Positions 1-7,149 of a DNA stretch of 48,556 nt are shown here, piece by piece. The translations under genes and the position numbers were made by a program. The notes under the pieces are model-generated. The model did no database searches. It was not told the origin of the DNA and saw only the letters and a program-made list of their open reading frames with translations. The stretch is from a virus. Position 1 is the stretch's first letter, and each line of letters begins with the position of its first letter. Where the stretch lies: the IMG/VR virus record IMGVR_UViG_3300021057_000005, positions 1 through 48,556 of that record; one strand, 5' to 3'.

Positions 1-127
1 AACTACAACGGATGTTCTTATTTATGCAGGCATGTTGCAAAGATGCAAAGAGACTAGCATCAATGTCCTATCAAAACATACGAAACAAAGCAAAAAGAAG
101 GTTTCTGCGGATTTAGAAAGAGATTAT
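1..127. repeat. 127-bp exact terminal direct repeat, copy 1 (identical to 48430..48556); overlap of a circular contig
   Basis: nt 1-127 (aactacaacggatgttc...gaaagagattat) recur verbatim as the last 127 nt of the window. Confidence 0.95.
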
Positions 128-193
128 TTCATGACATCAGAAGAAGCATTGAAATATGGTTTAATTGATTCAATTATAGGTAAATCAAAATGA
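1..193 (+). CDS. clpP: ClpP protease subunit, 3' end (continues the open ORF 48059..48556 across the circular junction)
   Basis: Frame-2 reading open from the window start and ending TGA 191-193. It encodes ...TTDVLIYAGMLQRCKETSINVLSKHTKQSKKKVSADLERDYFMTSEEALKYGLIDSIIGKSK, the C-terminal Asp region of ClpP. Confidence 0.8.
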   Translation, partial: TTTDVLIYAGMLQRCKETSINVLSKHTKQSKKKVSADLERDYFMTSEEALKYGLIDSIIGKSK

Positions 194-918
194 ATACAAT
201 ACTAAAATTGTTACTGTTATCCGTAGTAGTCGGTTTGTTTATGTTAATTGTTCCGGCCAAACCAGCGCAAGCTGCTAAAATTTCAATACAAAACTCAATT
301 GCAGAATTAATACCACAAGAAATTGAATTAGATACGCCTCTCACCTTCATGAGTGATGAAGTTTATATATGGACTAAGTTAGGAGCATTCATGCGAGACA
401 TGGCAATTAAGAAATGGACTCTTAGGATTTCTGGTTATGGTGGCTTAGCAACAGAAGCGAATAAGTTTATTGAATCGATATTAGATGCAAAGAAACAAGG
501 CAAAGAAATAATAATGGATGTTGTAGGAGAAGCATATTCAGCTCATGCATTAATTACTTGTGCTGCGAGCAAAGTAACTCTCAGGCCGGGCGCTAGTTTA
601 ATGTTTCATGGTGTTTCCTTTACTCGCTCTTATTTATTTGGATTGATTGAATTTCAAGACGATACAGTAGGAATAGAAAGTGCGGCCGTACAACATAAAA
701 TGTTTTCTGTCTGTAAAAAATTAGGAATGTTAGATGACAAGGATATTGCTTACCTTTGGAAAGGCGGGAATGTGATTTATGTAAATATAGACGGAATCGT
801 TACGAAACACCAAGCTCCTGATCCATATCGTACATATAAATTATTAGAAGGCATTGCAGCGTTAATTGGGTTAGGTGCTGGTGTATTAGTGTTAATTGGT
901 TTAGCTAAGAGGATCTAA
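190..918 (+). CDS. membrane-anchored ClpP/S49-like serine protease paralog (putative)
   Basis: 242-aa ORF whose ATG overlaps the clpP stop (ATGA). N-terminal signal/TM (LLLLSVVVGLFMLIVPAKPAQA) and C-terminal TM (IAALIGLGAGVLVLIGLA). The core GEAYSAHALITCAASKVTLRPGASLMFHG parallels [32 protein letters not shown] of the neighbouring ClpP. Confidence 0.45.
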   Translation: MNTILKLLLLSVVVGLFMLIVPAKPAQAAKISIQNSIAELIPQEIELDTPLTFMSDEVYIWTKLGAFMRDMAIKKWTLRISGYGGLATEANKFIESILDAKKQGKEIIMDVVGEAYSAHALITCAASKVTLRPGASLMFHGVSFTRSYLFGLIEFQDDTVGIESAAVQHKMFSVCKKLGMLDDKDIAYLWKGGNVIYVNIDGIVTKHQAPDPYRTYKLLEGIAALIGLGAGVLVLIGLAKRI

Positions 919-919
919 T

Positions 920-1015
920 ATGGAACTCATTAACTTCTTTGCTTTAGTAGGAATCTTAGGAATTACTGTCGTGGTTTCAGTGGGGTTGATCTACATCTTA
1001 TTGAAGGATGATTAG
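920..1015 (+). CDS. 31-aa hydrophobic peptide (hypothetical)
   Basis: ATG 2 nt after the previous stop; MELINFFALVGILGITVVVSVGLIYILLKDD is a single TM; below the ORF-track cutoff. Confidence 0.25.
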   Translation: MELINFFALVGILGITVVVSVGLIYILLKDD

Positions 1016-1152
1016 TATGTCGATAATACTTCGACTTACTAGTAACAAGTGCTCCATTAATCAAGACAAATCCATACCTACGTGGCCCAAAAATGCGAGA
1101 GTTTCTTATTAAAAGATCTGTACGAACCTCTAGCGGAGTAGAAGGAATAAAA

Positions 1153-1284
1153 ATGAAAGATCCAAAGAAAGTTTCATTTGTAATGGCAGAGATACGAACG
1201 ATTGCTGCAGTTGTTGCAATCATAACAAATATAACAATGATTATTATTCAATATAAAATTTTACATCATATGGGGGTGATATGA
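1153..1284 (+). CDS. small membrane protein (hypothetical)
   Basis: Internal ATG of track ORF 1093..1284, preceded by GGAGTAGAAGGAATAAAA; MKDPKKVSFVMAEIRTIAAVVAIITNITMIII contains a TM. Confidence 0.3.
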   Translation: MKDPKKVSFVMAEIRTIAAVVAIITNITMIIIQYKILHHMGVI

Positions 1285-1445
1285 GCAGCAAAAAGAAGCC
1301 GAATAAAACAACAAGCACAAAGAAATTATCTGAAATGAGACCACACGAAGCGTATGTCTTAGGGCATGTAGATGCCATAGAAGAAGTTATTGCTTGGTTA
1401 CAGACACATTTAAAGAGTTTAGATGAGATGTCTAGAGGGAAATAA
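1281..1445 (+). CDS. 54-aa hypothetical protein
   Basis: ATGA overlap with the previous stop, GGGGGTGAT upstream; not in the track (<60 aa). Confidence 0.35.
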   Translation: MSSKKKPNKTTSTKKLSEMRPHEAYVLGHVDAIEEVIAWLQTHLKSLDEMSRGK

Positions 1446-1447
1446 TT

Positions 1448-2197
1448 ATGAGCGGATATAAACAGAAAGACGGGAAATTGCGTTTTGACCTTATTCCTCC
1501 AGAGTTATCTCTTGCATATGCAGAAGTCGCAACGTTTGGAATAGAGAAACTAAAATCGCTAGGAGTAGAGAAGCCGGAGCGTAATTGGGAAAAAGGATTA
1601 AAATTAGTCGAAGATCATTTAGCGGCAGCACAAAGACATATTAATAAATGGGAACGTGGAATTGATTTAGATGAAGAATCTGGTCTTTTACATTTAAAAC
1701 ATGCTATGTGGCATATTGCAGGAATGATTACACAGATAGAAAGAGGCAGGACTGATTTAGATGATCGGCCTATTCAACAGCAATATGATCACGATACAGA
1801 TATTGAGGAAATGCTTGTTCAATCTCACCAGTTGATAAGAAGAGAAGGGGAATCATGTAATGTTTTGCCAAAGCCCGCAGAGGAATTTTTCAATTGCGTA
1901 GGAAACCCTCTGAAAAAATTAGACGATACAGACTATTTATTGCAATCAGAAGCTAATGCAAAAAGACTAGAAGAATCCGGAGCATTTGAGGACGAAGAAT
2001 TTGGAAAACTTACAAAATTCTGCGTTATGGAGATAACCGGTTGTTCCAGTGACAATGATCGATTTGATCCTAAATATGATACTGGCTTTACTCCCAAACC
2101 TTATGGAAAGTTAAATGATGAAAAGTGTATTCCCATGGAAGACCATATAAACAAGATGAAAGTGAGTCCCAATCAACATTTTAAAGGTGAAGAATAA
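1448..2197 (+). CDS. protein with a phage dATP/dGTP diphosphohydrolase-like N-terminal domain (putative)
   Basis: The N-terminus KDGKLRFDLIPPELSLAYAEVATFGIEKL...RNWEKG...AAAQRHINKW...DEESGLLHLKHAMWHIAGM fits my recollection of that domain; the C-terminal half is unassigned. Confidence 0.4.
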   Translation: MSGYKQKDGKLRFDLIPPELSLAYAEVATFGIEKLKSLGVEKPERNWEKGLKLVEDHLAAAQRHINKWERGIDLDEESGLLHLKHAMWHIAGMITQIERGRTDLDDRPIQQQYDHDTDIEEMLVQSHQLIRREGESCNVLPKPAEEFFNCVGNPLKKLDDTDYLLQSEANAKRLEESGAFEDEEFGKLTKFCVMEITGCSSDNDRFDPKYDTGFTPKPYGKLNDEKCIPMEDHINKMKVSPNQHFKGEE

Positions 2198-2198
2198 T

Positions 2199-2227
2199 TT
2201 GACAATTTTGGGAATGTAATGTATAAT
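2199..2227 (+). promoter_or_regulatory. consensus sigma70-type promoter (TTGACA-N17-TATAAT) upstream of xis/int
   Basis: TTGACA 2199-2204, 17-nt spacer, TATAAT 2222-2227 followed by TAA; 20 nt upstream of the RBS/ATG at 2248. Confidence 0.6.
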
Positions 2228-2247
2228 TAATATACAAAGAGGTGAAT

Positions 2248-2595
2248 ATGGTTGCTATAGTCCCTAGAATAATAAGGCTACGAGACGCACCAGGATATCT
2301 AGGGATGTGTAAGGACTACTTCAACCAAGAAGTAAGGCCATGTTTAACAGAGCTACAGATCGGCAGTAAAGGCGTAGGATTTGATCGACTTGAGTTAGAT
2401 TTATGGGTCACGTATACTAAAGCCTCTAGCGGGCGTGCCCCAATAAGGAGAATCTTATGGGAAACAAACGTAGCAACAAGCTCTCAGGTCTTACCTGCCG
2501 TAACGGGATTTGGTGGATCTGGAAGAGCATCGACGGAAGACGACTTCGCGAAAGCTGTAACACACGCGATGTCAAAGAGGCAGAAAGGTACATGA
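2248..2595 (+). CDS. excisionase/AlpA-like DNA-binding protein (putative)
   Basis: RBS AAAGAGGTGAAT then ATG. RLRDAPGYLGMCKDYFNQEVRPCL...GFDRLELDLWV looks like a small prophage HTH. It lies immediately 5' of int and its 3' end overlaps int by 139 nt. Confidence 0.4.
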   Translation: MVAIVPRIIRLRDAPGYLGMCKDYFNQEVRPCLTELQIGSKGVGFDRLELDLWVTYTKASSGRAPIRRILWETNVATSSQVLPAVTGFGGSGRASTEDDFAKAVTHAMSKRQKGT

Positions 2596-3584
2596 TCCAT
2601 CGTCTTGAAGAAATACGAAATGCAGGGGTCTATGGTATTAGGCCCCTTCGTACATTCAGGGATGCTGCGATCAAGTATATGAATGAAAATCGAACTCAGC
2701 GATCTATTGCTGATCGTGCCCAGCAGCTTAAATTTTTAGATCCTTATATAGGAACATTAAGCCTGGAAAAAGTTCATATCGGCAGCTTGCAAAAGTTTAT
2801 ATCAGATAGGAAATCACAAGGAGTTAAAGCCCGTACTATCAACTCTTCATTAGAGATAGTAAGACGAATCTTAAATCTTGCTGCCTCTGAGTGGATGGAT
2901 GAGAACGGGTTAACCTGGATTGCAAACGCTCCTAAGATCAAGCTTCTGTCCTTGGAAGATACTAGGAAACCTTGTCCATTGAGTTGGGAAGAACAAGATA
3001 AATTGTTTGCTTTATTACCTGGGTATTTACGTAAGATGGTATTGTTTAAAGTTAATACCGGGCTGCGTGACCAGGAGGTGTGTAAGTTGAAATGGGAATG
3101 GGAACATCATATTCCTGAATTGAATACGAGCGTGTTTATTATTCCTGCGGCTTACCATAAGAATAAAGAGGATAGATTAGTTGTTCTAAACCATACAGCA
3201 AGGCAAGTGATCGAATCGGTTAGAGGACAAAATAAAGAGTATGTTTTTGTATATAACAGTGTGCCTATCGGCAAGCTAAATAACAGGGCATGGAAGAAAG
3301 CACGAGCTATCGCAAATCTTCCCGTTCGTATACATGATTTAAAACATACTTTTGGAAGAAGACTCAGAGCGGCAGGTGTTAGCTTCGAAGATCGACAAGA
3401 TTTATTAGGACATAAGAGTGGAAGAATCACTACTCATTATAGTTCAGCAGAGATTGGTAATCTAATCGAAGCAGTTAATAAAATTTGTCGTGATAGGGGA
3501 ACAATGGGAACATTGACGCTATTGAGACAGACTGTCACAAATCTGTCACAACCAGTTAGGTTAATAGCAGCCAATGCGAGGTAA
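2457..3584 (+). CDS. int: tyrosine recombinase / phage integrase
   Basis: 375 aa with RBS AAGGAG. Catalytic signature TGLRDQEV (Arg), HDLKHTFGRRL (H-x-x-R), LLGHKSGRITTHY (His...Tyr). Adjacent to a tRNA-derived attP. Confidence 0.9.
   Translation: MGNKRSNKLSGLTCRNGIWWIWKSIDGRRLRESCNTRDVKEAERYMIHRLEEIRNAGVYGIRPLRTFRDAAIKYMNENRTQRSIADRAQQLKFLDPYIGTLSLEKVHIGSLQKFISDRKSQGVKARTINSSLEIVRRILNLAASEWMDENGLTWIANAPKIKLLSLEDTRKPCPLSWEEQDKLFALLPGYLRKMVLFKVNTGLRDQEVCKLKWEWEHHIPELNTSVFIIPAAYHKNKEDRLVVLNHTARQVIESVRGQNKEYVFVYNSVPIGKLNNRAWKKARAIANLPVRIHDLKHTFGRRLRAAGVSFEDRQDLLGHKSGRITTHYSSAEIGNLIEAVNKICRDRGTMGTLTLLRQTVTNLSQPVRLIAANAR
3533..3551 (+). repeat. two direct TGTCACAA repeats left of the attP core (candidate arm-type Int sites)
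   Basis: TGTCACAA at 3533-3540 and 3544-3551. Confidence 0.5.
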
Positions 3585-3598
3585 GCCTTTGATTTTAT

Positions 3599-3643
3599 TG
3601 GCGCGCCCGGAGAGATTCGAACTCCCGACCCCCTAGTTCGTAG
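3599..3643 (-). other. attP core: 45-nt copy of the 3' half of a tRNA-Arg(ACG) (anticodon loop to CCA)
   Basis: The reverse complement reads CTACGAACTAGGGGGTCGGGAGTTCGAATCTCTCCGGGCGCGCCA: anticodon loop CUACGAA, T-arm GGGAG-TTCGAAT-CTCTC, acceptor 3' strand CGGGCGC, discriminator G, CCA. No matching 5' half (D-arm or 5' acceptor) follows, so it is a fragment, not a gene. Confidence 0.75.
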
Positions 3644-3731
3644 TTATAAACCTATTTTTTTAACTAACTGATTTTACTAACAACAACCTGGGTAGCCTGC
3701 TAGAAACTTGACCAGTTGTACCTAGTAAATC

Positions 3732-3759
3732 TGTCACAATTGTCACAAAACTGTCACAA
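3732..3759 (+). repeat. three direct TGTCACAA repeats right of the attP core (candidate arm-type Int sites)
   Basis: TGTCACAA at 3732-3739, 3741-3748 and 3752-3759. Confidence 0.5.
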
Positions 3760-3771
3760 GGAGATTATTAA

Positions 3772-3939
3772 ATGAAGGTCTATTATGGACATGATGATGG
3801 CGGATATTATTACCATCATGACGGAATGGGGCCTTATTGTAGTGGTTATGCAGATACAAATTCTTTTGAAGATTTTAAACAGCTGATACAAAAAACATTT
3901 CCAGATGAAGAATTAGAATTTATTGATTGGTCACAGTAG
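3772..3939 (+). CDS. 55-aa hypothetical protein
   Basis: RBS AAGGAG 8 nt upstream; MKVYYGHDDGGYYYHHDGMGPY...; below the track cutoff. Confidence 0.4.
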   Translation: MKVYYGHDDGGYYYHHDGMGPYCSGYADTNSFEDFKQLIQKTFPDEELEFIDWSQ

Positions 3940-3960
3940 ATTGTTCAAGAGGTATACAAT

Positions 3961-4182
3961 ATGAAGCCTATTCCGCATATTACAAAAGAACGAGCTATTG
4001 AATTACTTGAATTTGGACCATGTTGTCCTTGTCACATTTTAGCATGGGCCGTCCAGATTGACCAATACCTGCGAATAAATCATTCAGAATATTATGAAAC
4101 AATAAGGAAGAAAGAAATCAAAGACAGTTGGCGTGAAGTCTGGGCATATTTATTAAATGAAAAGCCAGGAGAAGAAAAATGA
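3961..4182 (+). CDS. hypothetical protein
   Basis: Track ORF with RBS AGAGG upstream; same-strand gene chain. Confidence 0.5.
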   Translation: MKPIPHITKERAIELLEFGPCCPCHILAWAVQIDQYLRINHSEYYETIRKKEIKDSWREVWAYLLNEKPGEEK

Positions 4183-4373
4183 AATCAAGTATTCCTGTAG
4201 AGATTATAAATTATAGTCCTGTAGAAGAAGATTCTAGAGGAAGAAAAATAGGTGGTAAGGCTTTAAGAGTAGATTTCATTAAGGAAGGAGAAGTTTCCCT
4301 ATATAATATTATTTTTAATATTGATGACCATATTACTTTGTTGCAAGACTTAAAAAAGAAATGGGGATTATAA
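4179..4373 (+). CDS. hypothetical protein
   Basis: ATGA-coupled to the previous ORF. Confidence 0.5.
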   Translation: MKSSIPVEIINYSPVEEDSRGRKIGGKALRVDFIKEGEVSLYNIIFNIDDHITLLQDLKKKWGL

Positions 4374-4374
4374 C

Positions 4375-4650
4375 ATGTCATACTTACGATGGATTAATAG
4401 TCCCTTTTATTGTTATTGGTGCGCCACCGAATCTAAGGTTAAAGAAGAACAGATTTTGCAATTCAACGAATTAACTGGCTGCGTCAATCTTAGATACGCT
4501 GACATTAAAACCAATCCTACAGCATCCTTGAAGAAAGTAGTGGATGCTTATGCAAATGATCCTTATATCACATTGCGTGATTGGAGAGATGCTATAGAGG
4601 CCATAGAGGATTTTGTGAAGGATATTGAAGAGGAGTATCGTAATGAATAA
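4375..4650 (+). CDS. hypothetical protein
   Basis: Starts 2 nt after the previous stop. Confidence 0.5.
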   Translation: MSYLRWINSPFYCYWCATESKVKEEQILQFNELTGCVNLRYADIKTNPTASLKKVVDAYANDPYITLRDWRDAIEAIEDFVKDIEEEYRNE

Positions 4651-4864
4651 AAATACTAACTTGAAATATGAAGCCAGTATAAAGCTGGAAAGACTGGACG
4701 AAAGTAAATTTAAAATAACAGATGTTTATTGGCAGGATGGAACTTGTCACTACGACTTCCCAGGATATGTACTAATCATTCATAGAGAAGGTGATAACTT
4801 TGCATATCAAATGCCTATCTTTTGTGATGACTCTAATGATGGATGGAAGGTAGATAAAACATGA
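4643..4864 (+). CDS. hypothetical protein
   Basis: Internal ATG of track ORF 4625.. preceded by GAGGAG. Confidence 0.45.
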   Translation: MNKNTNLKYEASIKLERLDESKFKITDVYWQDGTCHYDFPGYVLIIHREGDNFAYQMPIFCDDSNDGWKVDKT

Positions 4865-4895
4865 TGGATGCCGCAATTTACAAGTTGGAGGATGT

Positions 4896-5246
4896 ATGAG
4901 AGAAATTAAGTTTATGGTTTGGCGCAAATCAACACAAGAGATGTGTATCCCCTCTGATTTGGAACACTTGTTGGAACATTACAATGATAATGAAGAATAC
5001 ATTGCACGGCAATACACAGGGCTAAAAGATAAGAATGAGAAAGAAATTTATGAAGGGGATATAGCTAGCTTTCTTCATAATTACGGGGAAGGTTCTGAAT
5101 ACATGAATAAGTATATAGACGTAGTCCACTATGATACCGATACGGCAGGCTTTGTGTTTGGTAAAGAGGAGTTTACATTTTTAGAGATTTTAGAGGTAGA
5201 AGTAATAGGTAATATCTATGAGAATCCAGAGCTACGGGAGAAATAA
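4896..5246 (+). CDS. YopX-family protein
   Basis: IKFMVW...QYTGLKDKNEKEIYEGDI...VIGNIYENPEL is the YopX signature. Confidence 0.7.
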   Translation: MREIKFMVWRKSTQEMCIPSDLEHLLEHYNDNEEYIARQYTGLKDKNEKEIYEGDIASFLHNYGEGSEYMNKYIDVVHYDTDTAGFVFGKEEFTFLEILEVEVIGNIYENPELREK

Positions 5247-5247
5247 T

Positions 5248-5649
5248 ATGAAAGAGTTCAAGTTTAGGGTTTGGCACAAAAAATTAAAGAAAATGTTTTA
5301 TGACGATGTCGAAATTCATTTCCATGGATCGAGGTGGAGTTATGAAGTGTTTTACCCAATTTTTGATGGGGGACATGAGTGGCTAGATGACTCGTTGTCG
5401 ATACTATTACAATACACAGGATTAAAAGATATGAACGAAAAGGAAATATATGAGGGAGATATATTACAACACGCAATTTATCTAGATCAATATACTAAGG
5501 AACCATATAAATCTGTTGTTCCATCTATAACAGGACATGATTCTGCGGTACAAGGATACGCAGGCGATTATTGGCATTGTGAAGTTATAGGCAATATCTA
5601 TGAAAATCCAGAGCTAGCGGAGGAATATTATGCTAGACATCCACAATAA
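5248..5649 (+). CDS. YopX-family protein (tandem paralog)
   Basis: FKFRVW...QYTGLKDMNEKEIYEGDI...VIGNIYENPEL; ATG after GGGAGAAATAAT. Confidence 0.7.
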   Translation: MKEFKFRVWHKKLKKMFYDDVEIHFHGSRWSYEVFYPIFDGGHEWLDDSLSILLQYTGLKDMNEKEIYEGDILQHAIYLDQYTKEPYKSVVPSITGHDSAVQGYAGDYWHCEVIGNIYENPELAEEYYARHPQ

Positions 5650-5710
5650 AATAATAGAAAAAGCAGAAGAGCTTCAAAGAAGTGTAGATGCAATTAGAGA
5701 GGGGGGATAA

Positions 5711-6139
5711 TCAATCCCAATGAATCTCTACATGCGCCACATCAGCAAACCAGTTTACTAGAGCTGGTTTTTTTTCATCTAATGCTTTCTTATAAATAGC
5801 TTCTCTCTCTGGATGATCCCATATAATCCCACAGCGTAGTCTGCCATTTTCTATCGGTACCTTCTTAGCAGCTTGGTATAAAGCCCACCAGAATGGATGT
5901 ACGTTTGATATATTCCACATATATCGTACATCACAAATATCTGCCGCATTGCCAGATAAGTGATAAGATTTCATGGTCTTACTCACACCACGTCTTACCT
6001 TTTCTTTCTGTTGTTCAAGAGTACGTCTTCCTTCAATTACCTGCGGTTTCCAGCCCTGAGATTCCAAATCAAGTAGTATTTCTCTAACAATAGGCCTAAA
6101 GTCTTCTTCTAAGCTCAAAAATGCTTTGTTTTCTATCAT
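5711..6139 (-). CDS. endolysin, peptidase M15 (VanY / L-Ala-D-Glu peptidase-like)
   Basis: SYHLSGNAADI (H-x3-G-x-A-x-D zinc motif) and DVAHVEI; 142 aa; last gene of the late arm. Confidence 0.7.
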   Translation of the reverse strand: MIENKAFLSLEEDFRPIVREILLDLESQGWKPQVIEGRRTLEQQKEKVRRGVSKTMKSYHLSGNAADICDVRYMWNISNVHPFWWALYQAAKKVPIENGRLRCGIIWDHPEREAIYKKALDEKKPALVNWFADVAHVEIHWD

Positions 6140-6252
6140 AAAATGGCAAATCCTTAATTGGAGGCTTGTGGTGCGTTTATTTTGATCAGGGGTAGGTAAG
6201 GGTATTGGTCACAAAGAGATCATTGAATGGTGGGGCTGTATTGAGGGCAATT

Positions 6253-7149
6253 TTAGCCCAATAAGCGAGAAAACATGCTGGGTTGGTTCATTGCGAATTG
6301 TCCTTGTAAGTCTACTCCACTTCCTGGCTGTCCTCTTGTACGGAGATCGCTAGGATCGTAGTTAGGACCCATATCATTTGGATCTTTGGGAACATACTGC
6401 TTTTCTGGAAATAAACCACCGGTGCCTCGATTAAATAATTCATCAGGTTGTCCTGAATTATTCATCGCCAAGGGTTTGAACTTGGCCACATGCTTTCTAA
6501 ACCTATCTACATAAACAGGAACGGTAGTCCCATATGCATCTTTAGCATTGCCCGCTTTCTTAAGAGGTCTGCCGCTAAACCAGATAGACGCCGTATCTTC
6601 AGGAGAGTAGCCAGCAGCCAGATGTTTATTAATATGATGAGCGGCTACTTTTTCTTGGATCTCGGGATTAGCAATGAATTGTTCGATTGTGACGGGATAA
6701 CCTAATGCTTCCCTAGACCAAGCAGGGATGTTGTTTCCCATGATCTGGTATTTACCGTAGGCTCGATCACCATTCTTACTTTTGATACTAATAGAGGCAT
6801 AAGGATTCTTAGAGCCTCCTGTTTCTCCTTGCGCAATACCAAACATTGTAGCTTGTAAGGCTTCATTTGGATCCTTAAAGGCCACAGTAGGAGAGGGCAG
6901 TTGTCCTAGATTTCCAGTTAACTGAGAACCATATGTTTCTGGCGTACGAGTATCTGCAAATCCCGTGTTAACGCCACGAGTAACGCTATCTTTGATTCTG
7001 TTTTGTTGTTGGTTTAATTGACCCAATCCAGTAGTCAATCCTGCAAGACCTTGTAATAAATCTCCTATGCCTCCACCAGAGTTAGATGGCGTTTGAATGA
7101 ATTGTTGTTTTGGCGCTATTGGTGCCAATAAATTAAAATCAACGGCCAT
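6253..7149 (-). CDS. virion-associated lytic transglycosylase-like (SLT-like) protein
   Basis: MFGIAQGETGGSKNPYA...YGKYQIMGNNIPAW resembles SLT catalytic Glu and YxxYQ motifs; the N-terminus MAVDFNLLAPIAP is shared with 8992..10419. Confidence 0.55.
   Translation of the reverse strand: MAVDFNLLAPIAPKQQFIQTPSNSGGGIGDLLQGLAGLTTGLGQLNQQQNRIKDSVTRGVNTGFADTRTPETYGSQLTGNLGQLPSPTVAFKDPNEALQATMFGIAQGETGGSKNPYASISIKSKNGDRAYGKYQIMGNNIPAWSREALGYPVTIEQFIANPEIQEKVAAHHINKHLAAGYSPEDTASIWFSGRPLKKAGNAKDAYGTTVPVYVDRFRKHVAKFKPLAMNNSGQPDELFNRGTGGLFPEKQYVPKDPNDMGPNYDPSDLRTRGQPGSGVDLQGQFAMNQPSMFSRLLG

Noticed and set aside
1-127. Terminal repeat interpreted as a biological direct terminal repeat (T7-like DTR) or LTR of a mobile element
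   Set aside because: It falls in the middle of an intact clpP reading frame, and its length equals a common assembler k-mer. A circularisation artefact is far more likely; it can be tested with the raw reads.
963-1223. 86-aa minus-strand ORF
   Set aside because: It is antisense to a chain of small plus-strand ORFs with RBSs or coupling, has no RBS, and would be isolated in orientation.
5630-5710. 26-aa plus-strand ORF (MLDIHNKIIEKAEELQRSVDAIREGG) with a strong GGAGG RBS overlapping the end of the second YopX gene
   Set aside because: It is plausible but too short to support without conservation data, so it is not listed as a feature. Its stop abuts the convergent endolysin stop.
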